Source: Eledone cirrhosa
Taxonomy: Eukaryota
Direction: 5' to 3'
Assembly (NCBI GenBank): GCA_964016885.1
Contig: OZ024743.1
Coordinates: forward strand, 27,156,001 to 27,220,000
DNA length: 64,000 bases
Position numbers and translations under genes: made by a program. A model generated the notes under the pieces. It saw only the letters and a program-made list of their open reading frames with translations, searched no databases and had not been told where the DNA came from. Positions 63,530-64,000 of the stretch are shown piece after piece (positions within the stretch are counted from its first letter, which is position 1; every line of letters begins with the position of its first letter).

Positions 63530-64000
63530 ATATGTATGTATGCAGGTATGAATTCTTGTATGTATGTATGGAGGGGAATACTTAATTTGGTGCCCGTATG
63601 TGCGGTTCGCCTATTGGGAGTGAGTGAGCCTCTAGTGCTTGTTAGGACATTATCTGGAAGTACGACTCGATGTCAACTAATGATTTTCACCTGTTCTTTT
63701 ATTTTTTGGATACCGGCTACCGTTGTTCAGAGAATGGTATTGGTCCAGTGAAATACCCTTTTTTCACTTAAAACAGCTTTAAGTATAGGTATCACTTAAT
63801 CTAAACGGCGTCCACGGGTGCTGCATATTCAGAAAGGAATTTAAGGTCCTGTTCGTGTCAGTCATGTGTGATAAAAAACGTGAAGAAAAGAGATGACAAT
63901 TCTCGAAACTGAGGTGCAGTCATTTTGTAAGCATGCATTCATGTATATATATCTACACACACACACACACACACATGCACATATATATATATACATATGC

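Overview
AT-rich, repeat-saturated metazoan intergenic/intronic DNA. The SINE families, microsatellite load and LINE repertoire suggest a coleoid cephalopod such as Octopus, but that is inference. There is no prokaryotic content, no CRISPR array and no complete host gene. The only host-gene candidate is a CpG-rich first exon at about 33.1-33.5 kb. The rest is about 30 copies of one tRNA-derived SINE, a second SINE family, decayed non-LTR retrotransposons of four clades (L1/Tx1, R4/Dong, CRE, RTE), mariner-type MITEs, a non-autonomous Helitron, a 3.5-kb 31-bp satellite, a 66-bp compound minisatellite and many microsatellites. The most notable structure is 17.6-23.4 kb (plus 28.2 kb), where short unrelated cassettes sit between (TA)n tracts. 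Most cassettes carry a minimal type-I hammerhead ribozyme: five have a complete core and stem I, several more are decayed, and many lie in head-to-head fold-back pairs. They are most consistent with Penelope-like pseudo-LTR or retrozyme remnants. All folds and alignments were done by eye and boundaries are approximate.
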